Virus record (IMG/VR): IMGVR_UViG_3300007280_000474
Length of the DNA: 64,000 bases
Origin: a virus
Lineage: Duplodnaviria > Caudoviricetes
Reading direction: 5' to 3' (one strand)
Position numbers and translations under genes: made by a program. Below are positions 19,247 through 30,486 of the stretch, piece after piece (positions within the stretch are counted from its first letter, which is position 1; every line of letters begins with the position of its first letter). The notes beneath the pieces were generated by a model. The model was given only the letters and a program-made list of their open reading frames with translations, was not told the origin of the DNA and searched no databases.

Positions 19247-20589
19247 TGACAGATAAAATAGATGCTGTAAATATATTAGAAAACGGAGATCCAGTAAAGT
19301 CCATAGCGGACAGTAAGCATTTCTGTATTCTACCATGGATACATTTCCATGCATGGCCAGACGATCGTGTTATGCCATGTTGTATTGCAGAAAGTAGTAC
19401 ACCGGTTGCAGAATATCAATCCGGTATGGATATTATGGATATAATGAACTCCGACGAGTATAAGAAGATGCGTAAACTGATGTTAGCGGATGAACCTTAT
19501 GCTCCTTGTCAACGTTGCTACGATTTAGAAAAAGTAGGAACATGGTCATTGCGTATCAGTCAAAACACTCAGCAAACAAATAAAGAACGTAGTGCTGAGA
19601 ACGTAGAAGAAAACTTAAAAATGCTTGCCGACACAAACGAGGACGGAAGCATTGACGAATTTAAAATGAAGTACATGGATATACGTTTCAGTAACCTATG
19701 TAACTTTAAGTGCCGTAGTTGTGGACCAGGTTGTTCAAACTTATGGGGCGAAGAAAAAATAAAACTAGTAGATGACGGTGTATGGATTAACCGCAAAGGC
19801 AGAGACACATTAATGAGTGTAAACTCAGATGGTGCGTTTATGGAAAACTTAAAGCCATATCTCAAAGACGTACAAGAAGTATATTTTGCAGGTGGCGAAA
19901 TATTAGTACACCCTGAGCATTATGAATGTTTAGACTACTGGATTGAAAATGATATGGCGGACAAAGTTCGTCTAAACTATACTACCAACATGAGTAAGAT
20001 TACATATCAAGATAAAGTCAAAGGTGAACGAGATTTATTTGATTTGTGGGAACACTTTCCTAACATTGAGATGTGGGCAAGTATTGATGCTATCGGTAAA
20101 GCAGGTGATATGATTCGTAAAGGATTTAGATGGGAACGTGTTAAGAAAAATATGTTAGCCATCAGAGAACGTGCACCACATATACAGTTAGGATTCACAC
20201 CTACAATTAGTTTGTGGAATGTGTGGCATTACAGTGAAATGTTTGATTGGTTATACGACAATGGATTTACAGATATACACAATCCGCCAAGACTAAACAT
20301 GTTAACAGCACCGGATTGGGCAAACATATCTATCTTACCAGAGAAGTTTAGAATAGAACTTATGCGTGAATTTAGATTATACTATGAGAAGTTTCCAAAG
20401 CCAGAAGATTCAAATATGAATGATACGTTTAAAATGATAATGATGACGTTGCGTAATGGCGAGGAAGACAGAGAAAAGTTAAGAGAATTTTTTAAAGAGA
20501 ATGACGTCATGGACAGAATGCGTGGCGAAGATTTGGCTGAAACAACACCAAGACTACAAGAGGTTAGAGAATGGATAGAACAGAACTAA
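19243..20589 (+). CDS. Radical SAM protein with N-terminal Twitch/SPASM-like domain (4 of 5)
   Basis: CILPW..PCC..CQRC; CNFKCRSC; AGGE. Confidence 0.85.
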   Translation: MMTDKIDAVNILENGDPVKSIADSKHFCILPWIHFHAWPDDRVMPCCIAESSTPVAEYQSGMDIMDIMNSDEYKKMRKLMLADEPYAPCQRCYDLEKVGTWSLRISQNTQQTNKERSAENVEENLKMLADTNEDGSIDEFKMKYMDIRFSNLCNFKCRSCGPGCSNLWGEEKIKLVDDGVWINRKGRDTLMSVNSDGAFMENLKPYLKDVQEVYFAGGEILVHPEHYECLDYWIENDMADKVRLNYTTNMSKITYQDKVKGERDLFDLWEHFPNIEMWASIDAIGKAGDMIRKGFRWERVKKNMLAIRERAPHIQLGFTPTISLWNVWHYSEMFDWLYDNGFTDIHNPPRLNMLTAPDWANISILPEKFRIELMREFRLYYEKFPKPEDSNMNDTFKMIMMTLRNGEEDREKLREFFKENDVMDRMRGEDLAETTPRLQEVREWIEQN

Positions 20590-21677
20590 TAGAGGTAAAA
20601 GCAAAAGAAAAATACCTCAGTGTTACATGGCAGGTAAACAATTTTTGTAACTACAGTTGCAGTTATTGTAATCCTGGTAACTGGCTAGGAGACTTTCGTA
20701 ATGAAGGCGAATTGCAAATCTACCTTGATAACTTAGATCAAATAATTCAAAAGTATCAAGCGGAAGATTACAAACACTACAAGTTCTTCTTCTCAGGTGG
20801 TGAGCCAACAGCATGGAAGCATTTTATTCCTATTGTTGAATACCTAAAAGAAAAACTGCCAGATGCAACTATTGCTGTGAATACTAATTTAAGTAGACCA
20901 CTTGCATGGTGGCAAAAGCATGTACACTTGTTCGATGATATCGTTGCAAGTTTCCATGTAGAGTTTGCTGACAAAAACAGTTACAAAGAAAAGAACATGT
21001 TCTTGTGTGATAAGGTAAACTATCTAAGCACAAAACTGTTGTTACATGATGAGCGTTTTTGGGAAGTAGTAGAGTATGGCGAAGAACTTAAAAAAGTTAT
21101 GCCTAATTACTTTATTGAATGGACACCATTGTACGATGAGATGACTGTTAATGCAGGTCCTTGGCAATATGAAGATGAGGACAAAACAAAGTTTATTGAA
21201 ACTCACAGTTGCGAAATGGAGTTTACTATTCCTAAGCCATACAAAGAAAGTAAAGCAGTAAGTTGGTCTCAGTATGCAGATGGAACTGAGGAAGCATGTA
21301 ACAGTAATGATGTTATTGTTCGCAGACAAAACTTCTTTACCGGATGGGAATGTCGTATAGGTGACAGTATTTTTATTAGTCCAACAGGACAGATTACATT
21401 AGCAAGTTGTGGTGTAAGTGGACCAGTAGGACACATAATGAAGGATGTACGTTACATTGAACCTCGTACTGTAATTTGTGATAAGCATCATTGCCATTGT
21501 GGAACTGATATTATTATACCAAAAAGAAAATTATCAGAGAATGAAATCGAAGTAGTACAAGTAGAAGAAAACGAAGATGACTTTTTAGCAGCCATGGACA
21601 AGTGGGATGAAAATGCTAAAGATTGGGGCGACGAATCACATAAAGGTTCCCCAATGAAGAACATCGACGATTTTTAA
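20571..21677 (+). CDS. Radical SAM protein with C-terminal SPASM-like Cys cluster (5 of 5)
   Basis: CNYSCSYC; SGGEP; C-terminal C..ASC..CDKHHCHC. Confidence 0.85.
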   Translation: MDRTELIEVKAKEKYLSVTWQVNNFCNYSCSYCNPGNWLGDFRNEGELQIYLDNLDQIIQKYQAEDYKHYKFFFSGGEPTAWKHFIPIVEYLKEKLPDATIAVNTNLSRPLAWWQKHVHLFDDIVASFHVEFADKNSYKEKNMFLCDKVNYLSTKLLLHDERFWEVVEYGEELKKVMPNYFIEWTPLYDEMTVNAGPWQYEDEDKTKFIETHSCEMEFTIPKPYKESKAVSWSQYADGTEEACNSNDVIVRRQNFFTGWECRIGDSIFISPTGQITLASCGVSGPVGHIMKDVRYIEPRTVICDKHHCHCGTDIIIPKRKLSENEIEVVQVEENEDDFLAAMDKWDENAKDWGDESHKGSPMKNIDDF

Positions 21678-21685
21678 GGAGTACT

Positions 21686-22900
21686 GTGCCTTTACTAAAC
21701 CACAACAGTTATTGGTACTTCGACACACAAGGACCTAACAATAACGATCTGATTAGGCAAGAGAGAAGTAACTCAATGTTTCGCCGTCTCAAGGATTGGG
21801 ACCAAGAACCAGATGACTATTATCTAATTGAGTTCAAGTCTATTAAATCACTTGAGCGTGTTAATTTAATAACTATCATACCTGAAGACTTGTTAAGTCG
21901 TATTAAAAATCCTGATGATAATTGTTATTTGATATTAGAAAACTTCCATGAAGGATTCAGTTATATCATTAAACAGTTATATGACAGCATTATTAATAGA
22001 TATAAGATCCCACCCCACAAGATGATATTGTTTACAGGTGCATTAGACATACAAGAAAAATTAGACGAGTTTGTTGAAAAGCACAAAGTTAAACCATTTA
22101 GACTTGAAGCAATGTTGGAATTTGAGCTATCAACACAAAGCAGATGGGAACATGACATAAGAGAAGATTACCCAGTAACACTGCAAAACAAAAAGTATAA
22201 TAAGAAAAAGTATCTGAACTTTAATAGACGTTGGCGTCCACATAGGCCTTTACTTACCGCATTATTAAAAGTTTGTGACTTGCTAAAATATGGACATGTT
22301 AGTTTAGCACCGTCAGATGACGGCAGAAGTTGGCGTAACGAAATGGATCATATCATTGAAATATGCAGAGAGTGTGGCAACGAAAGACTTGCACAAATAC
22401 TCATGAAGAATAGAAAAGATATTGAAAACATGGGTGATCTATATTTAGATAAGCCTGACTTAACAATAAACCAAGCATCTGCAGAAGTAACACCAGAGAT
22501 TAATAAACTATACGAGGACACTTATTTTAGTGTTGTATCAGAAACAATATTCTTTACTAATTACAGAGATTGGGAAGACAGTGCTTTCCTCAGTGAGAAA
22601 ACATTTAAGGCAATACTATTTAAGCATCCATTTATATTGGTAGCAACACCTAACACGTTGAAGTATTTAAAAGCATTAGGATATAAAACATTCTCTCCTG
22701 TGATAGACGAATCATATGACAGCATAGAAGATAATACACTAAGAATGATTGCTATTGTAAAAGAAATAAACAGGCTATGTAAACTAAAAGGTCCTGCATT
22801 AGAAGATTACTTAAACTATTGTAGAGAAATATGCGATTACAATTTTAAAGTGTTCACAGAGAAAAAGGAATTCAGTTACCCACACGATTATGAACTATAA
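21686..22900 (+). CDS. Putative glycosyltransferase-like protein, family A (1 of 4)
   Basis: NRRWRPHR...FSVVSET...SEKTFK...HPF...GYKTF...DESYD motif shared with 23678, 29086, 32784. Confidence 0.5.
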   Translation: MPLLNHNSYWYFDTQGPNNNDLIRQERSNSMFRRLKDWDQEPDDYYLIEFKSIKSLERVNLITIIPEDLLSRIKNPDDNCYLILENFHEGFSYIIKQLYDSIINRYKIPPHKMILFTGALDIQEKLDEFVEKHKVKPFRLEAMLEFELSTQSRWEHDIREDYPVTLQNKKYNKKKYLNFNRRWRPHRPLLTALLKVCDLLKYGHVSLAPSDDGRSWRNEMDHIIEICRECGNERLAQILMKNRKDIENMGDLYLDKPDLTINQASAEVTPEINKLYEDTYFSVVSETIFFTNYRDWEDSAFLSEKTFKAILFKHPFILVATPNTLKYLKALGYKTFSPVIDESYDSIEDNTLRMIAIVKEINRLCKLKGPALEDYLNYCREICDYNFKVFTEKKEFSYPHDYEL

Positions 22901-23696
22901 CAAAGAAAACATACACACACTTGATATTAAAAAGTATGATCGCATATTTGCATTTGGTTGCAGTTTTACAAATTACTATTGGCCTACATGGGCAGATATT
23001 ATTGCACATGAAAACCCAACGGCAGATTATAACAACAGAGCTATGCCTGGGGCAGGCAACAGTTTTATCTTAGCACACCTTAGTCAAGCAATAAGATACT
23101 ATAATATTGGTCCTAACGACTTAGTAACAATTATGTGGAGTACATTTTATAGACACGATGCTTATCGAAAAATGAAATGGTACACGCCTGGTAACATTTA
23201 CTCTCAGAATGATATTCCGCACGGTGTACTACTAGATTACTTAAATGACACCAGAGGATTTGCTATACAAGATTTTGCAATCATAGACACAACAACCAGA
23301 ATGCTACAGGGTGCTGAGTTTGATTCAATCGCTATGTGGGGTGTATCGCCTTTATTACAAAACTACTATGGTTTAAGTCAACACCCAGAATGTGAACTAG
23401 AATGGAAAGATGTTGAACTGCTATATAAAGATTTAGATAATAATATACTGCCTGACTTGCTAGGCACAGGTTGTGATGGACACTGGGCAGAAACATTTAC
23501 ATTTAAAAATGATGAGGGAGATGATCACATTGACTATCATCCTAAAACAACCAAGTATGCAGAATACTTAGAAAAGATTGGTATACAATTAACTGATAGC
23601 ACAAAGCAGTGGGCAAAAGAATGCGATGAATATACTGCTAGTATTGTAAATCAAGACGAACTAAACTACTTACACAAATGGTACGAAACATTATGA
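22890..23696 (+). CDS. SGNH/GDSL-like hydrolase or acyltransferase, family B (1 of 4)
   Basis: FGCSFT block I, GAGN block II, DYHP block V. Confidence 0.55.
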   Translation: MNYNKENIHTLDIKKYDRIFAFGCSFTNYYWPTWADIIAHENPTADYNNRAMPGAGNSFILAHLSQAIRYYNIGPNDLVTIMWSTFYRHDAYRKMKWYTPGNIYSQNDIPHGVLLDYLNDTRGFAIQDFAIIDTTTRMLQGAEFDSIAMWGVSPLLQNYYGLSQHPECELEWKDVELLYKDLDNNILPDLLGTGCDGHWAETFTFKNDEGDDHIDYHPKTTKYAEYLEKIGIQLTDSTKQWAKECDEYTASIVNQDELNYLHKWYETL

Positions 23697-25306
23697 TTAC
23701 AAACTATTATAAATTTGTAGAACAATGCCGTAAGTTTGGCAACTCGTTTGTGGTAGTTACTAGGGAAGAACCTAAGCCTACCTATACTGAGATGGTAGAA
23801 CAGATAACAACAGAGATGGCTAAACAAGGATGTAGTTTTGTGCTACGTTCTGAAACAACGTATCAAAATGAGCATAGGCACAGTGATGTAGACAAAGATG
23901 TTATACTACTAGTGAAAACACAGATGCCCCATAGAGAAGATGAATATCCTAAAACTTGTTTAGTTGTTGGCCCTTGTGAACATCACTTTTTAGATCCGTG
24001 GATGGAATCAGAAGATAGATATCAATGGCAGGAAGATAACTTTATTAACAGAGGTGCAGGCACAAGAACAATCTTAGATTTAACACATACAGTAGATACA
24101 CAATCAAGTTGGCGTCATGCTATGTTGTTAAGTTTTACTAAATTACTGCCGTATTACGATGATGGTGTGTTACTGCCTGTGTTTGCAGGACCAATACAGG
24201 AATATGCTATAGACAAGTTAAGCACAACTGAACTTGTAGAATTTATAAAACAAAAATTATTTGATGGATATAGTAGAATAATTTTTGACGACAAGGACGA
24301 AGCAATATTTTGGAGTAGGATATACAAAGTACATTCTGTGATCAAACGTCTTACGCACATACTTCCTCCGGGCAGTTTCTTTTTTGCAACATCAGCACTT
24401 AATGCTGAGGAAATATATAAGAAGTGGTGTGAGAACACAGGCGAAGAAGAATTGCTAATAATGATACCATGTGCTAGATTTGAAAGTGTTGCAAAAGCAA
24501 TGATGTTGGATAATGGATTACAATGGCACTACGATGATTTAAATTATGAAGTAAGTGTTATGCCTCGCCCTAAAAAGTTTTTGTGTTACAATAGAATGCC
24601 TCGTCTACACAGAGTTAAGATGTTTACTGAGTTACACAAAAAAGGTTTGCACAACGATGCATTGATAAGTTTCCACGATGAGGATGAAGCATTAAGTAAA
24701 GGTAGATGGGCAGACATAAAAGGCAACCCACATCTTTTAACACATTGGGGAGATACGTTTCGTTATTTTTACAGTAATATAATGCCAAACATAGAGCAGT
24801 TTAAATTAAACAAAACTGAAGAAAGATGGAACCCAGTTGACATCACACAAGATGATTTTGATCATTTCCACGATACTTATTTTAGTGTTATCAACGAAAC
24901 ATTATTTTATAAAGATGATTACCAGTACCAAGAGTTATGTGATATTAGTCCAACTGACAGTGTATTTTTAAGCGAAAAGATTTTTAAACCACTAGCATGT
25001 AAACATCCTTTCTTAGTAATAGGCGTAGACAGAACACTAGAGTATTTGAAAAAATATGGCTACAAAACATTTGATAAATGGTTTGATGAAAGTTATGATC
25101 AAGAACCCGACGATGACAAACGTATGGAAATGTGTGTGGCAGAGATAGAAAGATTATGTAAGTTAAGCGACGATGAATGGTGTACTATGTATAAAGAGAT
25201 GATCCCTACATTACAACATAACTTTGATGTATTAGCAAGGAACAAGCACTTAATAGTAAGCAATTTAAATTTTGTAGAAATCTTCAGGAACAATAGACCG
25301 TATTAA
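23678..25306 (+). CDS. Putative glycosyltransferase-like protein, family A (2 of 4)
   Basis: NRMPRLHR...FSVINET...SEKIFKP...HPF...GYKTF...DESYD. Confidence 0.5.
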   Translation: MVRNIMITNYYKFVEQCRKFGNSFVVVTREEPKPTYTEMVEQITTEMAKQGCSFVLRSETTYQNEHRHSDVDKDVILLVKTQMPHREDEYPKTCLVVGPCEHHFLDPWMESEDRYQWQEDNFINRGAGTRTILDLTHTVDTQSSWRHAMLLSFTKLLPYYDDGVLLPVFAGPIQEYAIDKLSTTELVEFIKQKLFDGYSRIIFDDKDEAIFWSRIYKVHSVIKRLTHILPPGSFFFATSALNAEEIYKKWCENTGEEELLIMIPCARFESVAKAMMLDNGLQWHYDDLNYEVSVMPRPKKFLCYNRMPRLHRVKMFTELHKKGLHNDALISFHDEDEALSKGRWADIKGNPHLLTHWGDTFRYFYSNIMPNIEQFKLNKTEERWNPVDITQDDFDHFHDTYFSVINETLFYKDDYQYQELCDISPTDSVFLSEKIFKPLACKHPFLVIGVDRTLEYLKKYGYKTFDKWFDESYDQEPDDDKRMEMCVAEIERLCKLSDDEWCTMYKEMIPTLQHNFDVLARNKHLIVSNLNFVEIFRNNRPY

Positions 25307-25343
25307 AATAATACGGTAAATAGTACATTATAGGAAACCCGGA

Positions 25344-27626
25344 ATGGCAGACAACAATCAACCAATAGATTTTAACCTCAACAGCCTTGCAAAGGATAAA
25401 GCAGAACTACCTGAAAAACCTGAACTAAGTGTTGAAGATGCACGTCATCAAAGCATGCACGAAGTAATTAAAGGTTATGCTAAACCTGTGCAACAAAAGA
25501 ACATGACTAGCATATATGTTGACTATAAAACAAGAGAGTCAAGTATTATATTAGTTATGTGTCCAGAATGGGCACCAGAGTTTCCTCCGTTTAACTTAGC
25601 AAGACTTGCAGGTATATGTAAGAGTGCAGGATACGAAACTGAGATAATGGACTTGAATGTAAAGGCATATAACTTGCATCAAACTGAATGGCAACCAGAG
25701 GGTAAACTTCCTTTCCGCTTGTGGGATCCTAGTGCAAGTTGGCACTGGCTTGGCGAAACATATTTGCATGATGTTCACCCATTATTAGAACCTTTACTGG
25801 AAGACGCCATAGAACAGATTATAGAAAAGAATCCTACAGTAGTTGGTTTCAGTCAATACTACATTTCGGAAGAGCCTACTAATTGGATGGCACAGCAAAT
25901 TAAAGAACGTGCGCCGCATATTAAATTAGCAGTAGGTGGAAGTAACGTACACAAGGATTGGTTTGACCACAGAGGCATATATGACTATGTTGTTGCTGGT
26001 GAAGGTGAAGCCGCTATATTACAAATTTTAGATGATGTTGAAGAAGGCATTGAACACGAAGAAAAGCCTTACATCATGAAACAGTCTAACACAGAGCGTA
26101 TCAACATTAACGGTATGCCGATGCCAGACTATACAGGACTAGACTTTAACGAATATAAAGTACCCAACGGAGTAACCTCAGAGTTCTCACGTGGTTGTAC
26201 TGCTAAGTGTACTTTCTGTGAGGAAACACACTTTTGGAAATACAGACAACGTCAAGCGGTTGATGTTATTACAGAAGCAGAATGGTTGTACTACAACAAA
26301 GGTGCAGACATCATGTGGTTTATTGATTCGCTTGTAAACGGTAACCCTAATGAGTTGCGAGCATTTGCACTTGCACTAAGAGCTAAGAAGATTCCAATGC
26401 GTTGGACAGGTTATGCACGTTGTGACGGACGTATGGACGAAGAATACTTCAGAGATATCTCCGGCGAGGGTGGCTGTATCATGTTTAACTATGGTATTGA
26501 AAGTGGTTCGCAAAGAGTATTAGACGACATGGCTAAAGGTGTTACTATCAAAGAGATGGAAGACAACTTTAAGTGGGGTAAGAAGTATGGCGTAATGGCT
26601 GCAACTAACTGGATTGTTGGTTTCCCTACAGAGAAGCATCTTGACTTTGCACAAAGTATGGCATTCTTATGGCGTAACAGAAACCAGAACATCAACAACG
26701 TTGGTGCTGGTGTAGGAATGGCAGTAGGACCCGAAACTATTGCAGGACAGAATCCTCACAAATACAATGTTAGTTTCCACAAGTATCAGAACCACTGGAT
26801 AGCAAATGACTTTACTATTGGCGGAACACACGTTATGCATCGTGTTAAGTTCTTCCACATGTTCCTAGACTTAATATCAGGTTCAACAGAAGTACCATTT
26901 GGTTACCCTGTTCGTAGGAACTTAGCAATAGAGCATTACGATATTAAACTAGATGATCCAGGTGCTCAACATGAGATTGAGTATGATGACTTTGACTACA
27001 TGATCATCAAGCCAAATATTTCACCGTTTGCAGATCACTTAGTAAATGAGATTTGGCCTTTCTTGAGAATGTTATGGTTAACCAAAGGAGGTTACACAGC
27101 AGAGATTAAATTTAATCCTGAGATTGATTTAAGAGAGTTTGGTTCTCAGTTTGGCCCAGGTATGTTTAATGCTGTATACAAGTTTAGAATTAATGCAGGT
27201 GGTAGTTGGACAGCAAACTTTGAATACAAGTTTGAACAAGTAGACAATCCATACGACAATAGATCTCCTGAACGTAAAGGACCATTCTTTGCACAAGACT
27301 ATTCACGTATGCAATCAAATGCTGCTCTCAGAGCAAGAGCATTAGCGAAGCCTACATGGGATAAAAAGAAAGGACGTGATGATATTGACTTTAATGATCT
27401 ACTTGAAGAAGAAAAGTTTTTAAATGAGAACATTGATTTCTCATTCGAACACAAATTTATAGGCACAGGTAAGTGGGACAGAAACGAAGCACAAATAGAA
27501 GTACCAGATGAGATTTCAACAGGTGTAAACAAAGACAACATACACTTAAACAGCAAGGAAGCATTCAACGCAGCCACAGATAAAGTCTCTGATGTATCAA
27601 GAATAAACGCAAAAGAGATTGACTAA
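25344..27626 (+). CDS. B12-binding radical SAM protein (class B methyltransferase-like)
   Basis: PPFNLARL, VGGS, GEGE, SRGCTAKCTFC, YGIESGSQRVL, WIVGFPTE; TAAATA at 25317-25322. Confidence 0.85.
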   Translation: MADNNQPIDFNLNSLAKDKAELPEKPELSVEDARHQSMHEVIKGYAKPVQQKNMTSIYVDYKTRESSIILVMCPEWAPEFPPFNLARLAGICKSAGYETEIMDLNVKAYNLHQTEWQPEGKLPFRLWDPSASWHWLGETYLHDVHPLLEPLLEDAIEQIIEKNPTVVGFSQYYISEEPTNWMAQQIKERAPHIKLAVGGSNVHKDWFDHRGIYDYVVAGEGEAAILQILDDVEEGIEHEEKPYIMKQSNTERININGMPMPDYTGLDFNEYKVPNGVTSEFSRGCTAKCTFCEETHFWKYRQRQAVDVITEAEWLYYNKGADIMWFIDSLVNGNPNELRAFALALRAKKIPMRWTGYARCDGRMDEEYFRDISGEGGCIMFNYGIESGSQRVLDDMAKGVTIKEMEDNFKWGKKYGVMAATNWIVGFPTEKHLDFAQSMAFLWRNRNQNINNVGAGVGMAVGPETIAGQNPHKYNVSFHKYQNHWIANDFTIGGTHVMHRVKFFHMFLDLISGSTEVPFGYPVRRNLAIEHYDIKLDDPGAQHEIEYDDFDYMIIKPNISPFADHLVNEIWPFLRMLWLTKGGYTAEIKFNPEIDLREFGSQFGPGMFNAVYKFRINAGGSWTANFEYKFEQVDNPYDNRSPERKGPFFAQDYSRMQSNAALRARALAKPTWDKKKGRDDIDFNDLLEEEKFLNENIDFSFEHKFIGTGKWDRNEAQIEVPDEISTGVNKDNIHLNSKEAFNAATDKVSDVSRINAKEID

Positions 27627-28594
27627 TGTATGCGACAAATGAATGGGAACCTTTAAAAAGAGTTATAGTAGGATCAGCAACAGGAGCAAGAGTACCAGCA
27701 CTAGATGACAGTGTACGTTATGTAAACTATGCAGACGTACAAGACATGAGTACTATTGAACACGGACCATATCCTCAAATAGTAATAGACGAAGCAAATG
27801 AAGATTTAGAAACATTTGCAAACTTCCTCAAAGGCGAAGGCATAGAAGTAGTACGTCCTCAACCTGTATCACCAGTACATTATTATGATTACTGTCCGAG
27901 AGACATAGTTTTTGTGCATGGCGAAAATGCCATTGCAACACCTATGCCTATCAAAGCCAGAGAATTTAATTTCAGTAATATAAGACATGCATTCGGCGAT
28001 GAATTTTTTGTTGCTCCAAGGCACAACGGAATAGACAAGTTTGATCATCGTTGCGTAGGCGACCCAGACGTACTTGCACTCAATGAAAAGTATCCTGCAT
28101 TTGATGCTGCTAATGCTATTAGAGCAAACGATGAAATACTGTATCTTGTTAGCAACTCGGGTAACAAAAAAGGTGCTGAATACTTACAGCATCAATTAGG
28201 CGACACTGCTACTGTAAGACTACTAGAAGGAGTGTACTCTTACATGCACATAGACAGCACTGTAGCGTTTTTAAGAGAAGGGTTAATGTTATTGAACCCT
28301 ACTAGAATAAAAGACGTTAACGTACTGCCTGCGCCGTTTAACAAGTGGGACTATATAATGTGTCCAGAGCCCACAGACATTGGTTACTATGGTAATTATA
28401 ATAATGCTAGTGTGTGGATCAATATGAATATGATGAGTATTAATGAAAACTTAATTGTACTCGAAGAGAACCAACACAGCCTAAGAAAAGAATTAGAAAA
28501 GTACAACATAGAATGTGCAATGTTACCTACAAGACACCAACGTACTTTGGGTGGAGGGTTTCACTGCGTCACACTGGATTTAGAACGTGGATAA
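27626..28594 (+). CDS. Amidinotransferase (glycine/scyllo-inosamine amidinotransferase family)
   Basis: NEWEPLKRVIVG, CPRD, FDAAN, HIDST, LGGGFHCVTLD catalytic Cys. Confidence 0.9.
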   Translation: MYATNEWEPLKRVIVGSATGARVPALDDSVRYVNYADVQDMSTIEHGPYPQIVIDEANEDLETFANFLKGEGIEVVRPQPVSPVHYYDYCPRDIVFVHGENAIATPMPIKAREFNFSNIRHAFGDEFFVAPRHNGIDKFDHRCVGDPDVLALNEKYPAFDAANAIRANDEILYLVSNSGNKKGAEYLQHQLGDTATVRLLEGVYSYMHIDSTVAFLREGLMLLNPTRIKDVNVLPAPFNKWDYIMCPEPTDIGYYGNYNNASVWINMNMMSINENLIVLEENQHSLRKELEKYNIECAMLPTRHQRTLGGGFHCVTLDLERG

Positions 28595-29102
28595 TGTAAT
28601 ACAGGGTAACATTGACGTAATATGGAACACAGATTTCCATGATTACGAATATATAAAGCAACCTCTCAAAGAAGAGGAAATGAAAAACTGGCGATCACTA
28701 GGATACTATCATGAGAGTTTCTCTGGTGGTATGTATGACAGTAGACAGCCTATGCCAGAATGGACAGACACAGTAGCAGAACAAATTGGGTTAACTAACG
28801 CAGGGTTTGTGTTTTACAAAATGCAAACACTGGACATTATGCCTAATCATGTGGATCACTTTGAAACATATTGCAGAGTGTTTGATGTAGATAGAAATAA
28901 TGTTTACAGAGCACTATTATTTTTAGAAGATTGGAAAGGTGGGCAATACTTAGAAGTGAACCACAAAGCATTAACCAATTGGAAAGCAGGAGACTTTGTG
29001 CTGTGGCAAGCAGACGTTGATCATGCAAGTGCCAACATAGGCACAACAGACAGATACGCACTACAGATAACAGGAACACTCATAGATGGCAGATACGAAT
29101 GA
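28587..29102 (+). CDS. 2OG-Fe(II) oxygenase-like protein
   Basis: HVD...H(ASAN)...RYALQITG facial triad plus Arg. Confidence 0.75.
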   Translation: MDNVIQGNIDVIWNTDFHDYEYIKQPLKEEEMKNWRSLGYYHESFSGGMYDSRQPMPEWTDTVAEQIGLTNAGFVFYKMQTLDIMPNHVDHFETYCRVFDVDRNNVYRALLFLEDWKGGQYLEVNHKALTNWKAGDFVLWQADVDHASANIGTTDRYALQITGTLIDGRYE

Positions 29103-30486
29103 TAACAACGTAGACTTTTTTGCTCCGTCAACAAGTTTATTTGTGTACAATGCTCCGTGGCCTCTATCTGAAATCCCAGCAGTTGAGCAACAAGATTTCC
29201 TAGCACTCACATACAGCAGTTATACTAGACTAGGCACACTGAGACTAAAAGATCCTAAGTGTGTTGTGTTTGCATATTACTCCAATGGACCAATGCTTGC
29301 TCTACACAGGCAACAGTTAACACTAGACCAACGTAAGTATCTAAACAGGCACGGATTAAAAATATATCTCACAGAGCCTATTTGTTCTCATATAATCGAT
29401 GACCCTGCAGGAGATCATTTTTATCACAATTTTAATTTTGGATTCTACAGTGAATTTTATAACGAACAACTAGAAAACAAAAGGCATCGCAGTAAAGAAC
29501 TCGATAGTATTTGGAAATTTGTAAGAGAGAATGCACTTACAAATGTAACCGTTGCTACATGCGATTATCAAATAGATAAGTATTACCCTTTGTATAACGA
29601 TTACATGACTCTTGAATATGATGATTTGTTTTTAAGAGATATGCGTATATATGATAATGTAACAATAAAGCCTAAGAAAGAAATAACCAAACGTTTTATA
29701 TGTCCTACTTGGAGATACTCTACTGCTAGACTATTAATCAGCACTATACTGCAAGACAAAGATGCTTATTTGTCATGGTACTTCAAAGGCGAAAACATAC
29801 TACAAGGAAGTACATGGGCAAAACCAAATCATTTTCAAAAATATGCACCTGAACTTTTTGATAGAGTCTTCGAAGGCGAAACTAAATTATTTAATCAGGC
29901 ACCACTAACAATTGATATCAAAGCAGATCGAGCAACAGAGATTCCAGACGGTGCCGCACATCATTACCCGGACCATTTAGTAAACAACAAATTCAATGAA
30001 GGGATGAATCCTATTGCAGTAAACGAAGTGCATCAGCCGTTGGAAAAATTGTATGAGCATACATTTCTCAGTATACAAGCAGAAAGTAGATTTGCACAGC
30101 CAACCGGTAACTGGAGCGAAAAAGTAATACAAGCAGTGCAATATAAAACACCATTTATTATTATAGCACCACCTTATACTTTACAGTGTATGAAAGACGC
30201 AGGCTATAGAACGTTTGATAAATGGTGGGACGAAAGTTATGATACAACTGAAAATCATTTACTTAGATTTAAAAAGATTGTAGATATCATAGATTGGATA
30301 GAAAGTAGAACACACGATGAACTGCTTGAAATACACAAAGATATGGAAATAGTTTTAGAACACAACTTTTGGACAGCAGTTGATAACACACAAACAGGAA
30401 CAATGACTTCTGCAATGGATCCAGATAATGCTGTTTCAATATCATGGGAAAGCGAATGGAGCAATAAGGAGTTCAACAATGACTAA
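29086..30486 (+). CDS. Putative glycosyltransferase-like protein, family A (3 of 4)
   Basis: LSIQAES...SEKVIQ...TPF...GYRTF...DESYD. Confidence 0.5.
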   Translation: MADTNDNNVDFFAPSTSLFVYNAPWPLSEIPAVEQQDFLALTYSSYTRLGTLRLKDPKCVVFAYYSNGPMLALHRQQLTLDQRKYLNRHGLKIYLTEPICSHIIDDPAGDHFYHNFNFGFYSEFYNEQLENKRHRSKELDSIWKFVRENALTNVTVATCDYQIDKYYPLYNDYMTLEYDDLFLRDMRIYDNVTIKPKKEITKRFICPTWRYSTARLLISTILQDKDAYLSWYFKGENILQGSTWAKPNHFQKYAPELFDRVFEGETKLFNQAPLTIDIKADRATEIPDGAAHHYPDHLVNNKFNEGMNPIAVNEVHQPLEKLYEHTFLSIQAESRFAQPTGNWSEKVIQAVQYKTPFIIIAPPYTLQCMKDAGYRTFDKWWDESYDTTENHLLRFKKIVDIIDWIESRTHDELLEIHKDMEIVLEHNFWTAVDNTQTGTMTSAMDPDNAVSISWESEWSNKEFNND

